Shown one piece after another: positions 37,597 through 46,867 of a stretch of DNA of 64,000 bases. Below the pieces are notes generated by a model. It did not search any database, was not told the DNA's origin, and saw nothing but the letters and a program-made list of their open reading frames with translations. Position 1 is the stretch's first letter; every line of letters starts with the position of its first letter. The position numbers and the translations under genes were made by a program. The stretch covers positions 23,758-87,757 of the forward strand of contig JBAXIL010000001.1 of assembly GCA_037138355.1 (NCBI GenBank), in the 5' to 3' direction. The DNA comes from a bacterium (GTDB taxonomy: Bacteria > Oederibacteriota > PGYV01 > Palsa-1178).

Positions 37597-38886
37597 ATGA
37601 AAAAAATCATTGTTATGTTCATCTGGGTGGTACTTGTGGTCAGTTCTTTGCAGGCAAATGCACAACAATTATCGTGGAAGTTCTGTGTTAGCGAGGCTTT
37701 AGTAAGTAATTATTTATTAATATCTGCTCAAGAAAAATTGAATCAGGCAAAAGCGCAGAGCTGGTCAGCAGCAGCGGCTGCACTTCCACAAATATCAATT
37801 TCTGCTTCTGCTTCAGATAGCGGAAGTGAACCAAGCTTGGATTCTCTTCCTTATACAGGAAATACAAAATCGCAGAATTATGCATATGGTTTGAATGTCA
37901 GACAGCTTGTCTTTGATGGATTTAAGAATACCCACGACATAATGAAATCCTCAGAAGATGTAAAATCTGCAGAATTAAATTACAAAATTACTTCAGCTCA
38001 AGTCAGATATAATTTAAAGCTTGCTTATGTAGGTTTAATGAAAGCGCAGGAAATGGTCACAATCACAGGTCAAATATTAAATTTGAGAAAAAAACAATAC
38101 GAAGATGTGAAACTAAGATATACCGCTGGTAGGGAAAATAAGGGAGCTGTATTAAGTTCAGAAGCAGATTTTAAGGAGTCTGAATTTGAAGTAGCTCAAG
38201 CAGCTCGTTCGCTTGAACTCGCAAAACAAATTCTGTCAACAGCACTTGGAAGGGATATAAACTCAGATATTTCTGTAACTCTGGATTATACACTTAAGGA
38301 AACTCTGTCTGTAGATCCGGATTTTGAAGCATTGCTTAATAATAATATGAATTATTTACTACTTATGTCACAACGCAAGGCAGCAGAATTTTCTTTGAAT
38401 TCATCTTTGGGAGCATGTTTTCCTCAAGTCACATTTAGCGGAAGCCTTGGCAGGAGTGCTAAAACGCTTGAAATTAATAATACCAGTTGGTCTTTGGGTT
38501 TAAATGTTTCATATTCATTATTTGATGGAGGAAAGCTTGCCGCTCAGTCAGCAGCTTCACTTGCAGCATTAAGACAGGCAAAGGCAGACGAGAAGTCTGG
38601 CATGTATTCTGGTTTAAATACGATTAAAACAATTTGGTATGATTTTAAAGATGCCTATCTAAATCTTAATGTACAACAGAAGTATTTTGAAGCCAGTCAA
38701 GAAAGAGCAACAATAGCAGATGCCCAGTACTCAACAGGATTAATTGATTTTAATAATTGGACAATAATTCAAAACAGTCTTGTGAGTTCTCAGAAGTCTA
38801 TAATTTCATCACAAACAGACTTATTAAATGCAGAAGCTGCCTGGGTACAGGTTAAGGGAGGAACATTAGAAAATGAAACTAAATAA
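37597..38886 (+). CDS. tolC: TolC-family outer-membrane efflux protein
   Basis: Signal peptide and two-repeat coiled/barrel architecture. Typical N-terminus LSWKFCVSEAL..N..L..A....NQAKA. Heads the macAB operon. Confidence 0.75.
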   Translation: MKKIIVMFIWVVLVVSSLQANAQQLSWKFCVSEALVSNYLLISAQEKLNQAKAQSWSAAAAALPQISISASASDSGSEPSLDSLPYTGNTKSQNYAYGLNVRQLVFDGFKNTHDIMKSSEDVKSAELNYKITSAQVRYNLKLAYVGLMKAQEMVTITGQILNLRKKQYEDVKLRYTAGRENKGAVLSSEADFKESEFEVAQAARSLELAKQILSTALGRDINSDISVTLDYTLKETLSVDPDFEALLNNNMNYLLLMSQRKAAEFSLNSSLGACFPQVTFSGSLGRSAKTLEINNTSWSLGLNVSYSLFDGGKLAAQSAASLAALRQAKADEKSGMYSGLNTIKTIWYDFKDAYLNLNVQQKYFEASQERATIADAQYSTGLIDFNNWTIIQNSLVSSQKSIISSQTDLLNAEAAWVQVKGGTLENETK

Positions 38887-39850
38887 ACTTTTATGGGTAG
38901 TAGTTCTTTTACTGGCTGTGGTAATTGTATTAATGTTTGTAATTCCTAAAAAAACAACAGCAGTTGATCAGAAATATACTGTAACAAAGGGTTCAATAAA
39001 AATATTTGTTAGTACCACGGGGACAGTATTGCCGCAGAACCGACTTGAAATAAAACCGCCATTGGCAGGAAGAATAGAGAGTATTTTGGTCGTGGAAGGA
39101 CAGCATGTAAAGAAAGGGCAGACTCTTGCTTACATGAGTTCTTCAGATAGAGCAGCCTTGTTAGATGCAGCACGCGGGCAGGGCATACAAAAATTGAAAC
39201 AATGGGAAGATACATATAAACCAATACCATTAATTGCACCTATTGATGGCGAGGTAATTGTGAGGGCTGTAGAACCAGGACAGAGTGTGACAGCTTCTGA
39301 TCCAGTTTTGGTTTTGTCAGATAGACTTATTATACAAGCGCAGGTAGATGAAACAGATATTGGAAAAATACAGCTTGGTCAAAAAGCAATGATTGTTTTG
39401 GATGCATATTCTGACCAGACCATAGAAGGTTTAGTTGACCATGTATATTACGAGTCAAAAACAGTTAACAATGTAACTATGTATAATGTCGATATACTCC
39501 CTAATAAAGTGCCAGATTTTTTCCGTTCAGGTATGAGTGCAAATATAGATGTAATAAGACAATTTAAAGATAATATATTGATATTGCCTGTTGTTGCCAT
39601 AAAGAAGTTTAATGATAAAAGTTTTGTTTTTGTTAATGTTGCAGGACAAGAAAAAGCAGAAAAAAGAGAAGTAATTACTGGCATTAGCGACGATGATAAT
39701 ATGGAAATAACTGCTGGGCTAAATGAATCAGATATAGTTGTAGTATCAAAACAAAATTATTTTATTGAAAAAGCATCAACTAAGCAAGTAAATCCATTCA
39801 TGCCACAAAGACCACAGAGAACCAGTGTTGGTGGCGGACGCGCACATTAA
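38873..39850 (+). CDS. macA: Efflux periplasmic adaptor (MacA/HlyD family)
   Basis: N-terminal TM segment, barrel-sandwich and lipoyl motifs (GRIESILVVEGQHVKKGQTLAYM, APIDGEVIVRAVEPGQSV). 14-nt overlap with tolC. Confidence 0.8.
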   Translation: MKLNKLLWVVVLLLAVVIVLMFVIPKKTTAVDQKYTVTKGSIKIFVSTTGTVLPQNRLEIKPPLAGRIESILVVEGQHVKKGQTLAYMSSSDRAALLDAARGQGIQKLKQWEDTYKPIPLIAPIDGEVIVRAVEPGQSVTASDPVLVLSDRLIIQAQVDETDIGKIQLGQKAMIVLDAYSDQTIEGLVDHVYYESKTVNNVTMYNVDILPNKVPDFFRSGMSANIDVIRQFKDNILILPVVAIKKFNDKSFVFVNVAGQEKAEKREVITGISDDDNMEITAGLNESDIVVVSKQNYFIEKASTKQVNPFMPQRPQRTSVGGGRAH

Positions 39851-39911
39851 GTAACTTATTTAATTTTAATTTATATATATTATAATATTATGAAAAAAAG
39901 AAAGGCAAAAA

Positions 39912-41879
39912 ATGAAAATAATTAGTATAAGAAATCTCAGTAAAACATATAATACAGGTAAGGTGAGTTTTAAAGCATTAGATAATGTGTCTTTAGATGT
40001 AGAGGCAGGTGAGTTTTTGGCGATTATGGGACCCTCAGGTTCTGGAAAATCAACACTCATGCATCTTATGGGCTTTTTGGATTCTCCCGATTCTGGTTCG
40101 TATTCATTAAATGGTATCGAAACAGCTAAATTGCCAGATGATGAATATGCTCAGCTACGATCAGGGTTTATTGGTTTTGTTTTCCAACAGTTTCATTTAT
40201 TACCAAGAGAAACAACAGTAGAAAATGTAGAACTTCCTTTGATATATGCGGGTAAACCCGAGTCTCATGGAGAGGGAGTAAAGTTATTGGCTGAAGTTGG
40301 TTTAATAGCCAAAGAGCAAAATATGCCTAACGAATTGTCGGGTGGAGAAAGGCAGCGCGTAGCAATAGCGAGGTCATTGGTAAATAATCCGGAAATAATA
40401 TTAGCGGATGAACCAACTGGAAACTTAGATTCAAAAAGTCAGACAGAAATAATGCAACTTTTGGCTGGACTTAATAAAAAAGGGAAGACCATAATTATGG
40501 TTACGCATGATGAGGAAGTTTCTGAGTATGCTGGTAGAATAATAAGAATAAGAGATGGAAAAATAATATCTGATGTAGTGAACAAAGGAAAGAATTATAC
40601 AAGCCCAGATTCTTCTGTAAATAACAGGCACGCTGATAAAACCCCTGTAAAACCTCCTATTTCAAGAATAGAATTCGTTGATTATATAAGACAAGCATTT
40701 AATTCTATAATGGGCAATAAATTGCGTTCGGCACTTTCAATGTTGGGCATATTAATAGGTGTGGCTGCGGTTATTGCTATGCTTGCACTTGGACAAGGGG
40801 CTAAAGATTCTATTCAAAAAAGTCTTTCTTCGCTTGGCTCTAATCTTCTGACTATAATTCCTGGTAATGTTAGAAGTGGCGGAGTATCTTTGGGGACAGG
40901 TGCAGCTACTCGTTTTACGATTCAAGATGTAGAATCTCTTGCGAAAATAAATGAAGTTAAATATACTTCTGGAACGGTGAGTGGCAGAGGACAGATAGTG
41001 TATCAGGATAAAAATTGGAGTACTCGCGTTCAGGGTGTTGGTGAAAACTATCCATTAATGAGAAACTCCATACCTTCTTATGGAAGCTTTTTTACTGATA
41101 ATGATATTCGCACAAGGAACAGGGTATGTATAATCGGACAGACTGTAGCTTTGAATATATTTGGTCAAGCCGATCCAGTCGGACAACAGATAAAAATAAA
41201 CAAAATTATGTTTAAAGTCATTGGTGTTTTCCCTGCTAAGGGTTCAAGTGGTTGGCAGGATCAGGATGATGTTTTAGTAATGCCTTTAACCACTGCTATG
41301 TTTAGATTACTTGGCAAGGAATATGTGGATTCAATCGATGTGCAGGTTAAGGATTTTTCGTTAATGCAGGCGGCTCAAAATAATATTACAACAATTATAA
41401 GAAAAAAACATAAAATAACCAATCCTGATGATACAAGTTTTCAAATAATGAATATGGCGGATATACAAAAGACAATGACTGATACAGCAAATTCAATGTC
41501 TTTATTACTTGGATTTATAGCTGCTATATCATTGATTGTCGGCGGTGTAGGAATTATGAATATAATGCTTGTCTCGGTTACCGAGAGAACAAGAGAAATA
41601 GGTTTGAGGAAAGCTATAGGAGCAAAGAAAAAGGATATTATGACGCAGTTTATTATAGAGTCGGTACTCATGACATTTATTGGTGGAGTAGCTGGAATAA
41701 TACTTGGTTCCACAATATCAATTCTTTTATCTTCTTTGGCAAAGTGGACTACCAGCATATCTTTGGCCTCAGTTTTGGGAGTTACTTTTTTCTCAATAGG
41801 CGTTGGCATTATATTTGGTATATTGCCTGCAAAAAAAGCTGCCGAATTAAATCCAATAGACGCTTTGAGATACGAATAA
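39912..41879 (+). CDS. macB: MacB-type ABC transporter (fused ATPase and FtsX-like permease)
   Basis: Walker A GPSGSGKST, signature LSGGERQRVAIARSL, Walker B ILADEPTGNLD. Followed by a 4-TM permease with a large periplasmic loop. Confidence 0.9.
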   Translation: MKIISIRNLSKTYNTGKVSFKALDNVSLDVEAGEFLAIMGPSGSGKSTLMHLMGFLDSPDSGSYSLNGIETAKLPDDEYAQLRSGFIGFVFQQFHLLPRETTVENVELPLIYAGKPESHGEGVKLLAEVGLIAKEQNMPNELSGGERQRVAIARSLVNNPEIILADEPTGNLDSKSQTEIMQLLAGLNKKGKTIIMVTHDEEVSEYAGRIIRIRDGKIISDVVNKGKNYTSPDSSVNNRHADKTPVKPPISRIEFVDYIRQAFNSIMGNKLRSALSMLGILIGVAAVIAMLALGQGAKDSIQKSLSSLGSNLLTIIPGNVRSGGVSLGTGAATRFTIQDVESLAKINEVKYTSGTVSGRGQIVYQDKNWSTRVQGVGENYPLMRNSIPSYGSFFTDNDIRTRNRVCIIGQTVALNIFGQADPVGQQIKINKIMFKVIGVFPAKGSSGWQDQDDVLVMPLTTAMFRLLGKEYVDSIDVQVKDFSLMQAAQNNITTIIRKKHKITNPDDTSFQIMNMADIQKTMTDTANSMSLLLGFIAAISLIVGGVGIMNIMLVSVTERTREIGLRKAIGAKKKDIMTQFIIESVLMTFIGGVAGIILGSTISILLSSLAKWTTSISLASVLGVTFFSIGVGIIFGILPAKKAAELNPIDALRYE

Positions 41880-41990
41880 AGCAAACTAATAATCTTGCTG
41901 GTTAATATCCATTTTTTAGTTTAATTCCTTGTATAAAAATCGTATAATTATTAATGTTTCATATACTTATAACTTTAATAAAGGAAAACA

Positions 41991-43376
41991 ATGATACAAA
42001 TTTATGATAAACGAACACAGAATGCAGCATTGGCAGTCTCAATGCTTAGCGCCATATTTAATTCTATGGGAAGTTCTTCGGTTAATGTAGCACTTCCTGC
42101 CATAGGTCAAGAATTTTCCATGAATGCTGCTATGCTTGGCTGGGTAGCAACTACAATGATTTTAGCTGCTTCTATATTTGTTGTACCTTTTGGAAAAATT
42201 GCAGATATATTTGGAAGAAAAAAACTTATGATTATTGGTACTTCTGTATATACTATTGGTTCTATATTGGCCGCTCTTAGTGTTAGCACCTTCTTTCTTT
42301 TAACTTCAAGAGTAATTCAAGGAATAGGGGCTTCTATGATTTTTGGAACGAGTGTTGCAATACTTACTTCAGTTTTTCCTGCTGAAAAAAGAGGTTGGGC
42401 TTTAGGTTGGAATGTATCTGCGGTATATATGGGGCTAACAGCTGGACCTTTTATAGGTGGTTTACTTACTTCATATTTGGGATGGCGTTATATTTTTTGG
42501 CTCAATGTCCCACTTGGAATCCTATCGTTGTTTTTTCTTGTTTTTATGCTAAAGGGAGAGTGGGCAGAAGCTAAAGATGAGAAGTTTGATTATCTTGGTT
42601 CGTTGATTCTTGCGCTATTAATAACATGCCTTATTTATGGTCTTTCTAAAATGCCTTCATATCTTGGTGGCATTTTGTTAATGTTTGGTATAGTCCTATT
42701 ATTTATATTCGTGAAATTTGAAGAGAAGCATGTAAATCCTGTTGTTAATATGAAATTATTTGAGAATAATATAGTTTTTACATATTCTAATTTGGCAACT
42801 CTTATTCATTATTCATCTGCTTTTGCTGTTTCCATAATGTTGAGTCTTTATCTTCAATATGTCAAAGGTTTTGATCCGCGTCACGCAGGAGTGATACTTA
42901 TGGCGCAACCAGCGGTTATGATGTTTATAGCACCTTGGGCAGGGAAAATATCAGATAAATATTTACCTGGGACAATTGCAGCTATCGGTATGAGCATGAC
43001 CATGATTGGATTAGTTCTGTTTTCGTTTTTGCAAATTGATACACCGTTATTATATATAATAGTTTGTTTAATGTTTATAGGAGCAGGTTTTGGATTTTTT
43101 TCATCGCCAAATACAAATGCAATTATGTCATCAGTAGAGCGAAGATACTATGGAGTTGCTTCTGGAATTATTAGTACCATGAGGCAATCAGGTCAAATGG
43201 TTGGTTTAGCGATTGCAACTATGTTTCTATCATTTTTTATTGGTAATTTCCAAATAACACCTGATAAACACGAGGCATTTTTGTTGGCAGTTAAGTCAGC
43301 TTTTATTGTTTTTTCAGTCTTTTGTTTCTTTGGTATATTTGCTTCATTGGCAAAAGGAAAACAAAAGGGAATATAA
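41991..43376 (+). CDS. MFS transporter, 14-TM DHA2/EmrB-like
   Basis: GKIADIFGRKKLMIIG motif and about 14 hydrophobic segments. Confidence 0.8.
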   Translation: MIQIYDKRTQNAALAVSMLSAIFNSMGSSSVNVALPAIGQEFSMNAAMLGWVATTMILAASIFVVPFGKIADIFGRKKLMIIGTSVYTIGSILAALSVSTFFLLTSRVIQGIGASMIFGTSVAILTSVFPAEKRGWALGWNVSAVYMGLTAGPFIGGLLTSYLGWRYIFWLNVPLGILSLFFLVFMLKGEWAEAKDEKFDYLGSLILALLITCLIYGLSKMPSYLGGILLMFGIVLLFIFVKFEEKHVNPVVNMKLFENNIVFTYSNLATLIHYSSAFAVSIMLSLYLQYVKGFDPRHAGVILMAQPAVMMFIAPWAGKISDKYLPGTIAAIGMSMTMIGLVLFSFLQIDTPLLYIIVCLMFIGAGFGFFSSPNTNAIMSSVERRYYGVASGIISTMRQSGQMVGLAIATMFLSFFIGNFQITPDKHEAFLLAVKSAFIVFSVFCFFGIFASLAKGKQKGI

Positions 43377-43405
43377 TGTTTGTTGTAGTGTTTCACAAAA
43401 ACATC

Positions 43406-43433
43406 TTGACACTTACTCAAAATGTAATAAAAT
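43406..43433 (+). promoter_or_regulatory. Candidate sigma-70 promoter for the tRNA locus
   Basis: TTGACA (43406-43411), 16-nt spacer, TAAAAT (43428-43433). Confidence 0.4.
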
Positions 43434-43461
43434 CAATGAGTTATTTGATTAAATATTAATA

Positions 43462-43597
43462 TTGGAAAGAATGCATCATGCTGGGCGCGTGCCGGCAAAG
43501 AACGCCGGCGAGATGAGAGGAACGAATTAATTGAGGAGTGTTCCTGCGGAACACGGGTATCTTAGCTCAGTTGGTAAACAACCCTTTTGGGTTTTTG
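43462..43597 (+). other. Duplicated tRNA leader, 5' tRNA fragment and GC-rich structured insert (tRNA-derived remnant or small RNA)
   Basis: TTGGAAAGAATGCATCATG + GGGCGCGT (43462-43490) repeats 43609-43638. The insert has the hairpin GCCGGC/GCCGGC (43491-43509). Two competing hairpins are AGGAAC/GTTCCT (43518-43545) and GTGTTCC/GGAACAC (43538-43554). A 13-nt D-arm copy TAGCTCAGTTGGT sits at 43563-43575. The element ends with AACCC-TTTT-GGGTT-TTT. No T-arm or 3' acceptor is present. Confidence 0.4.
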
Positions 43598-43612
43598 ATA
43601 TAGTTTGATTGG

Positions 43613-43720
43613 AAAGAATGCATCATGTATGGGCGCGTAGCTCAGTTGGTTAGAGTATTAGCTCGACAAGCTAAGGGTCACTGGTTCGATCCCAGTCGCG
43701 CCCACCATGATGCATTCTTT
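43613..43720. repeat. Perfect 15-bp inverted repeat bracketing the tRNA
   Basis: AAAGAATGCATCATG (43613-43627) and CATGATGCATTCTTT (43706-43720). Extends to 17 bp with two G-U pairs. The 3' arm overlaps the CA of the encoded CCA. Confidence 0.85.
43631..43707 (+). tRNA. tRNA-Val (anticodon GAC), CCA encoded, C at position 33
   Basis: Hand-folded cloverleaf: acceptor GGGCGCG/CGCGCCC, D arm GCTC-AGTTGGTTA-GAGT, anticodon arm TTAGC-TCGACAA-GCTAA, variable loop GGGTC, T arm ACTGG-TTCGATC-CCAGT, discriminator A, CCA. 77 nt. Confidence 0.85.
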
Positions 43721-43815
43721 TATTTTGTAAGATTGAATATTTTTGAGCTGTAGACATAGCGTAATATAAAATCGATATATATAATCAAACATAACAAATA
43801 ACATAGGGGTGAGTT

Positions 43816-46365
43816 ATGGATATTAATGTAAAAGATATAATGGGAATTTCCGAAGTACAGGCAGCAGAGCGACTTAAAACTGATGGTTATAATGAACTAC
43901 CTTCTGCTAAAAGAAAAAGTATTTTTAACATAGCCTTTGAGGTAGTAAAAGAGCCTATGTTTATTCTTCTTGTATCATGTGGAGTTATTTATTTATTTTT
44001 GGGAGATAAAGAAGAAGCTTTGATGCTTTTAGGATTTGTCTTTATTGTCATGGGTATTACATTTTACCAAGAAAGAAAAACAGAACGAGCACTTGAAGCT
44101 CTAAAAGATTTATCAAGTCCAAGAGCGCTTGTTATTAGGGATGGAGTACAGCATCGTATTGCTGGTAGAGAAGTTGTGGTTGGCGATATGGTAGTGCTTT
44201 CGGAGGGCGATAGAATACCAGCAGACGGAGTTGTAATATGGAATAATAATTTATCATGTGATGAGTCTTTGTTAACTGGAGAATCTGTACCAGTAAATAA
44301 ATCAACAGGAAAAAGTAATTTGACTATGGATAGACCTGGTGGTGACGATTTACCTTTTATTTTTTCTGGTTCTATGTCTGTTCATGGACAAGCTGTAGTT
44401 GAAATAAAATCAACAGGTTTGAAAACAGAGATTGGAAAAATAGGAGCAGCTCTACATTCTTTAGAACAAGACAGTACCAGATTACAAAAGGAAATAAATA
44501 GTCTTGTTAAAAAAGTGGCTGTGGTAGGCGTGTTTTTATGTGTCTTGGTTTTTGTTGTTTATGGATTGTCAAGAGCAGATTGGCTTAAAGGATTTTTGGC
44601 TGGATTGAGTCTTGCTATGGCTATTTTACCTGAAGAATTTCCAGTTGTCTTAACGATTTTTTTCGCTCTTGGAGCATGGCGTATATCTAAAAAACGAGTG
44701 TTAACAAGGCGCGTGCCTGTCATAGAAACGCTTGGTTCGGCTACTGTCTTGTGCGTGGATAAAACTGGAACTTTAACCATGAATAAAATGACAATAGAAA
44801 TGATTTATACTAATAAAAAACTTTATGATATATCTGGAGGTTTAGATTTTAAAAAATCTCCAGAAGTAAAAGATATTGTTGAAACTGGGATAATGGCATG
44901 TCAAAAAGATCCATTTGATCCTATGGAAAAAGCTTTTAAGGAACTTGGAAAATCTGCTGGCCTTGATTGCGAGAAGTTATTTGAGAGTATGGAATTTGTA
45001 CGCGAATATCCATTATCAAAAAAAATGTTGGCTTTGTCTCACGCATTTAAAAGACCTTCTACGGGTTCGTATTTTGTGGCTTCTAAAGGCGCACCTGAAG
45101 CTATAATGGATATGTGTCATATGGAGCCAAATGATGTTGAATTCACAATGTCAAAAGTCAATGAAATGGCATCTAAGGGGTACCGCGTGCTTGGCGTAGC
45201 AATAGCGGACTATGCAGTTGAAAAATTACCTGATGATCAACATGATTTTATTTTCAGATTTGCTGGTTTGGTTGGGCTTGCTGATCCAGTTAGGCCACAG
45301 GTTAAAACAGCGGTTGCCGAATGTTATTCCGCTGGTATTAGGGTAGTTATGATTACTGGTGATTATCCTGCTACGGCCGCTAATATAGCGCAGCAGATTG
45401 GTTTAAGGAATAAAGATAATGTCATAACTGGTAAAGATTTAGATACTATGCCTGAGGCTCAAATAATAGAACGCATGAAAGAAACTAATATTTTTGCAAG
45501 AGTAGTGCCTGAACAAAAATTAAAAATAGTTAATATGCTAAAAATGTCAGGAGAGGTTGTTGCTATGACTGGTGATGGTGTGAATGATGCTCCGGCTTTA
45601 AAAGCTGCGGACATAGGTATAGCAATGGGTGCCAGGGGAACTGATGTTGCAAGAGAATCAGCATCTTTAGTACTTCTCGATGATGATTTTGAATCAATTG
45701 CAGCAGCTGTTAAAATGGGTAGGCGTATTTTTGATAATCTAAAAAAAGCTCTGTCTTATATAGTTTCGGTTCATGTGCCTATTGCGGGACTTTCGCTTTT
45801 GCCAGTTTTGTTTAAGTGGCCGCTGATTATGATGCCTGTGCATATAGTATTTTTGGAGTTGATAATTGACCCTGCATGTTCTACGGTTTTTGAAGCCGAA
45901 CCTGAGGAAAAAGATGTTATGAAAAGAAAACCGCGAAATAAAAATGATTCAGTTTTTGGTGTCAAGCCACTTGTTATAAGTTTGTTACAAGGTTTTGTGG
46001 TTCTTGGTGTAGTTCTTACTGTCTTTATTATGTCAGGTAAATTGCACGCAAGTGAGAACGAAGCGAGAACAATGGCGTTTGCAACAGTTGTCTTTTCAAA
46101 TATATGTATGATACTGACAAATCTTTCTTGGACGAGAAATGTATTTGAGATAATACGAGATCCAAATCCAGCTATGTGGTGGGTCATCAGTGGTGCTTTA
46201 GCTTTGATAACATCCGTTTTATACATTCCTGGTCTCAGAACACTTTTTGGATTTGGCATTTTGCATTTAAATGATCTGTTAATTTGTATAGCTGCTGGAT
46301 TTTTTAGTATTGCATGGTTCGAAATAGCAAAAGTGATGATGAAAAAGAAAACAATAATGGCTTAA
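43816..46365 (+). CDS. Cation-transporting P-type ATPase (type II, Ca2+/Mg2+-like)
   Basis: TGES, phosphorylation site CVDKTGTLT, MITGD, TGDGVNDAPALKAADIGIAMG, and 10-TM topology. Confidence 0.9.
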   Translation: MDINVKDIMGISEVQAAERLKTDGYNELPSAKRKSIFNIAFEVVKEPMFILLVSCGVIYLFLGDKEEALMLLGFVFIVMGITFYQERKTERALEALKDLSSPRALVIRDGVQHRIAGREVVVGDMVVLSEGDRIPADGVVIWNNNLSCDESLLTGESVPVNKSTGKSNLTMDRPGGDDLPFIFSGSMSVHGQAVVEIKSTGLKTEIGKIGAALHSLEQDSTRLQKEINSLVKKVAVVGVFLCVLVFVVYGLSRADWLKGFLAGLSLAMAILPEEFPVVLTIFFALGAWRISKKRVLTRRVPVIETLGSATVLCVDKTGTLTMNKMTIEMIYTNKKLYDISGGLDFKKSPEVKDIVETGIMACQKDPFDPMEKAFKELGKSAGLDCEKLFESMEFVREYPLSKKMLALSHAFKRPSTGSYFVASKGAPEAIMDMCHMEPNDVEFTMSKVNEMASKGYRVLGVAIADYAVEKLPDDQHDFIFRFAGLVGLADPVRPQVKTAVAECYSAGIRVVMITGDYPATAANIAQQIGLRNKDNVITGKDLDTMPEAQIIERMKETNIFARVVPEQKLKIVNMLKMSGEVVAMTGDGVNDAPALKAADIGIAMGARGTDVARESASLVLLDDDFESIAAAVKMGRRIFDNLKKALSYIVSVHVPIAGLSLLPVLFKWPLIMMPVHIVFLELIIDPACSTVFEAEPEEKDVMKRKPRNKNDSVFGVKPLVISLLQGFVVLGVVLTVFIMSGKLHASENEARTMAFATVVFSNICMILTNLSWTRNVFEIIRDPNPAMWWVISGALALITSVLYIPGLRTLFGFGILHLNDLLICIAAGFFSIAWFEIAKVMMKKKTIMA

Positions 46366-46457
46366 TTTTCAAAGCGATAGGAAAGTCTTTTTGCTGTTAT
46401 AGACCATACCAAATGAACCACTCCTTATATAATTCATTAATTGTATCAAATAATTGC

Positions 46458-46486
46458 TTGACATTATTATATACAAAGTGTATACT
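46458..46486 (+). promoter_or_regulatory. Sigma-70 promoter for the PUR-like gene
   Basis: TTGACA (46458-46463), 17-nt spacer, TATACT (46481-46486). Confidence 0.55.
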
Positions 46487-46576
46487 ATTTATAAGATCAA
46501 ACATACACCTTCTGCAGGGGCTGAAAGTGTGTGACTAAAACGAATATTCCCGGAACTAAAATATGGAGGGGTTTTT

Positions 46577-46837
46577 ATGAGCGAACAGGAAACAGTTTTT
46601 TCGAAAGTAGTAAGTTCAGGTAAGAAAAAGTACTACATGGATGTGAGAAAGGCAAAGACAGGAAGTTTGTACCTCACAATCAAAGAGGTCACTGTTGGCG
46701 ATACGCAAGATAAAGCCGAATCTCGCAGAATCCTTGTATTTGACAATGCAATAAAGGATTTTACAGAGGCAATGGATGAGATTAAGAAACATATACCAGC
46801 AAGAGAATCAGGCAAATCGGTTTCAGTCGCAATTTAG
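46577..46837 (+). CDS. PUR-alpha-like (DUF3276-type) nucleic-acid-binding protein
   Basis: FSKVVSSGKKKYYMDVRKAKTGSLYLTIKE......ESRRILVFDNAIKDFTEAMDEI matches the PUR repeat pattern seen in Bacteroidetes and spirochaete DUF3276/Bpur proteins. Confidence 0.7.
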   Translation: MSEQETVFSKVVSSGKKKYYMDVRKAKTGSLYLTIKEVTVGDTQDKAESRRILVFDNAIKDFTEAMDEIKKHIPARESGKSVSVAI

Positions 46838-46867
46838 TCCTCAATTAATATCAGAGTTGCTATATAA

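Noticed and set aside
43513-43606. Tiny ORFs inside the GC-rich insert: ATG 43513 (5 codons) and TTG 43531 (about 25 codons, MRSVPAEHGYLSSVGKQPFWVFDIV)
   Set aside because: Neither has a convincingly spaced RBS; the GAGGAG abuts or overlaps the candidate starts. The sequence is better explained as tRNA-derived or structured RNA.
43380-43815. Riboswitch (for example a Mg2+ M-box) or leader controlling the downstream P-type ATPase
   Set aside because: The structured GC-rich segment is separated from the ATPase gene by a complete tRNA gene and ~100 nt of AT-rich spacer. I could not recognise M-box or other riboswitch core motifs.
43400-46400. Genomic island integrated at the tRNA gene
   Set aside because: There is no integrase, excisionase, transposase or phage gene on either side. 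The duplicated segment is the 5' leader rather than the usual 3' tRNA end, and the duplicated units are only ~120 nt apart.
46314-46538. 74-aa plus-strand ORF spanning the end of the P-type ATPase gene and the following intergenic region
   Set aside because: It overlaps the ATPase 3' end out of frame and runs through the promoter of the PUR-like gene. It has no RBS and its sequence is not protein-like.
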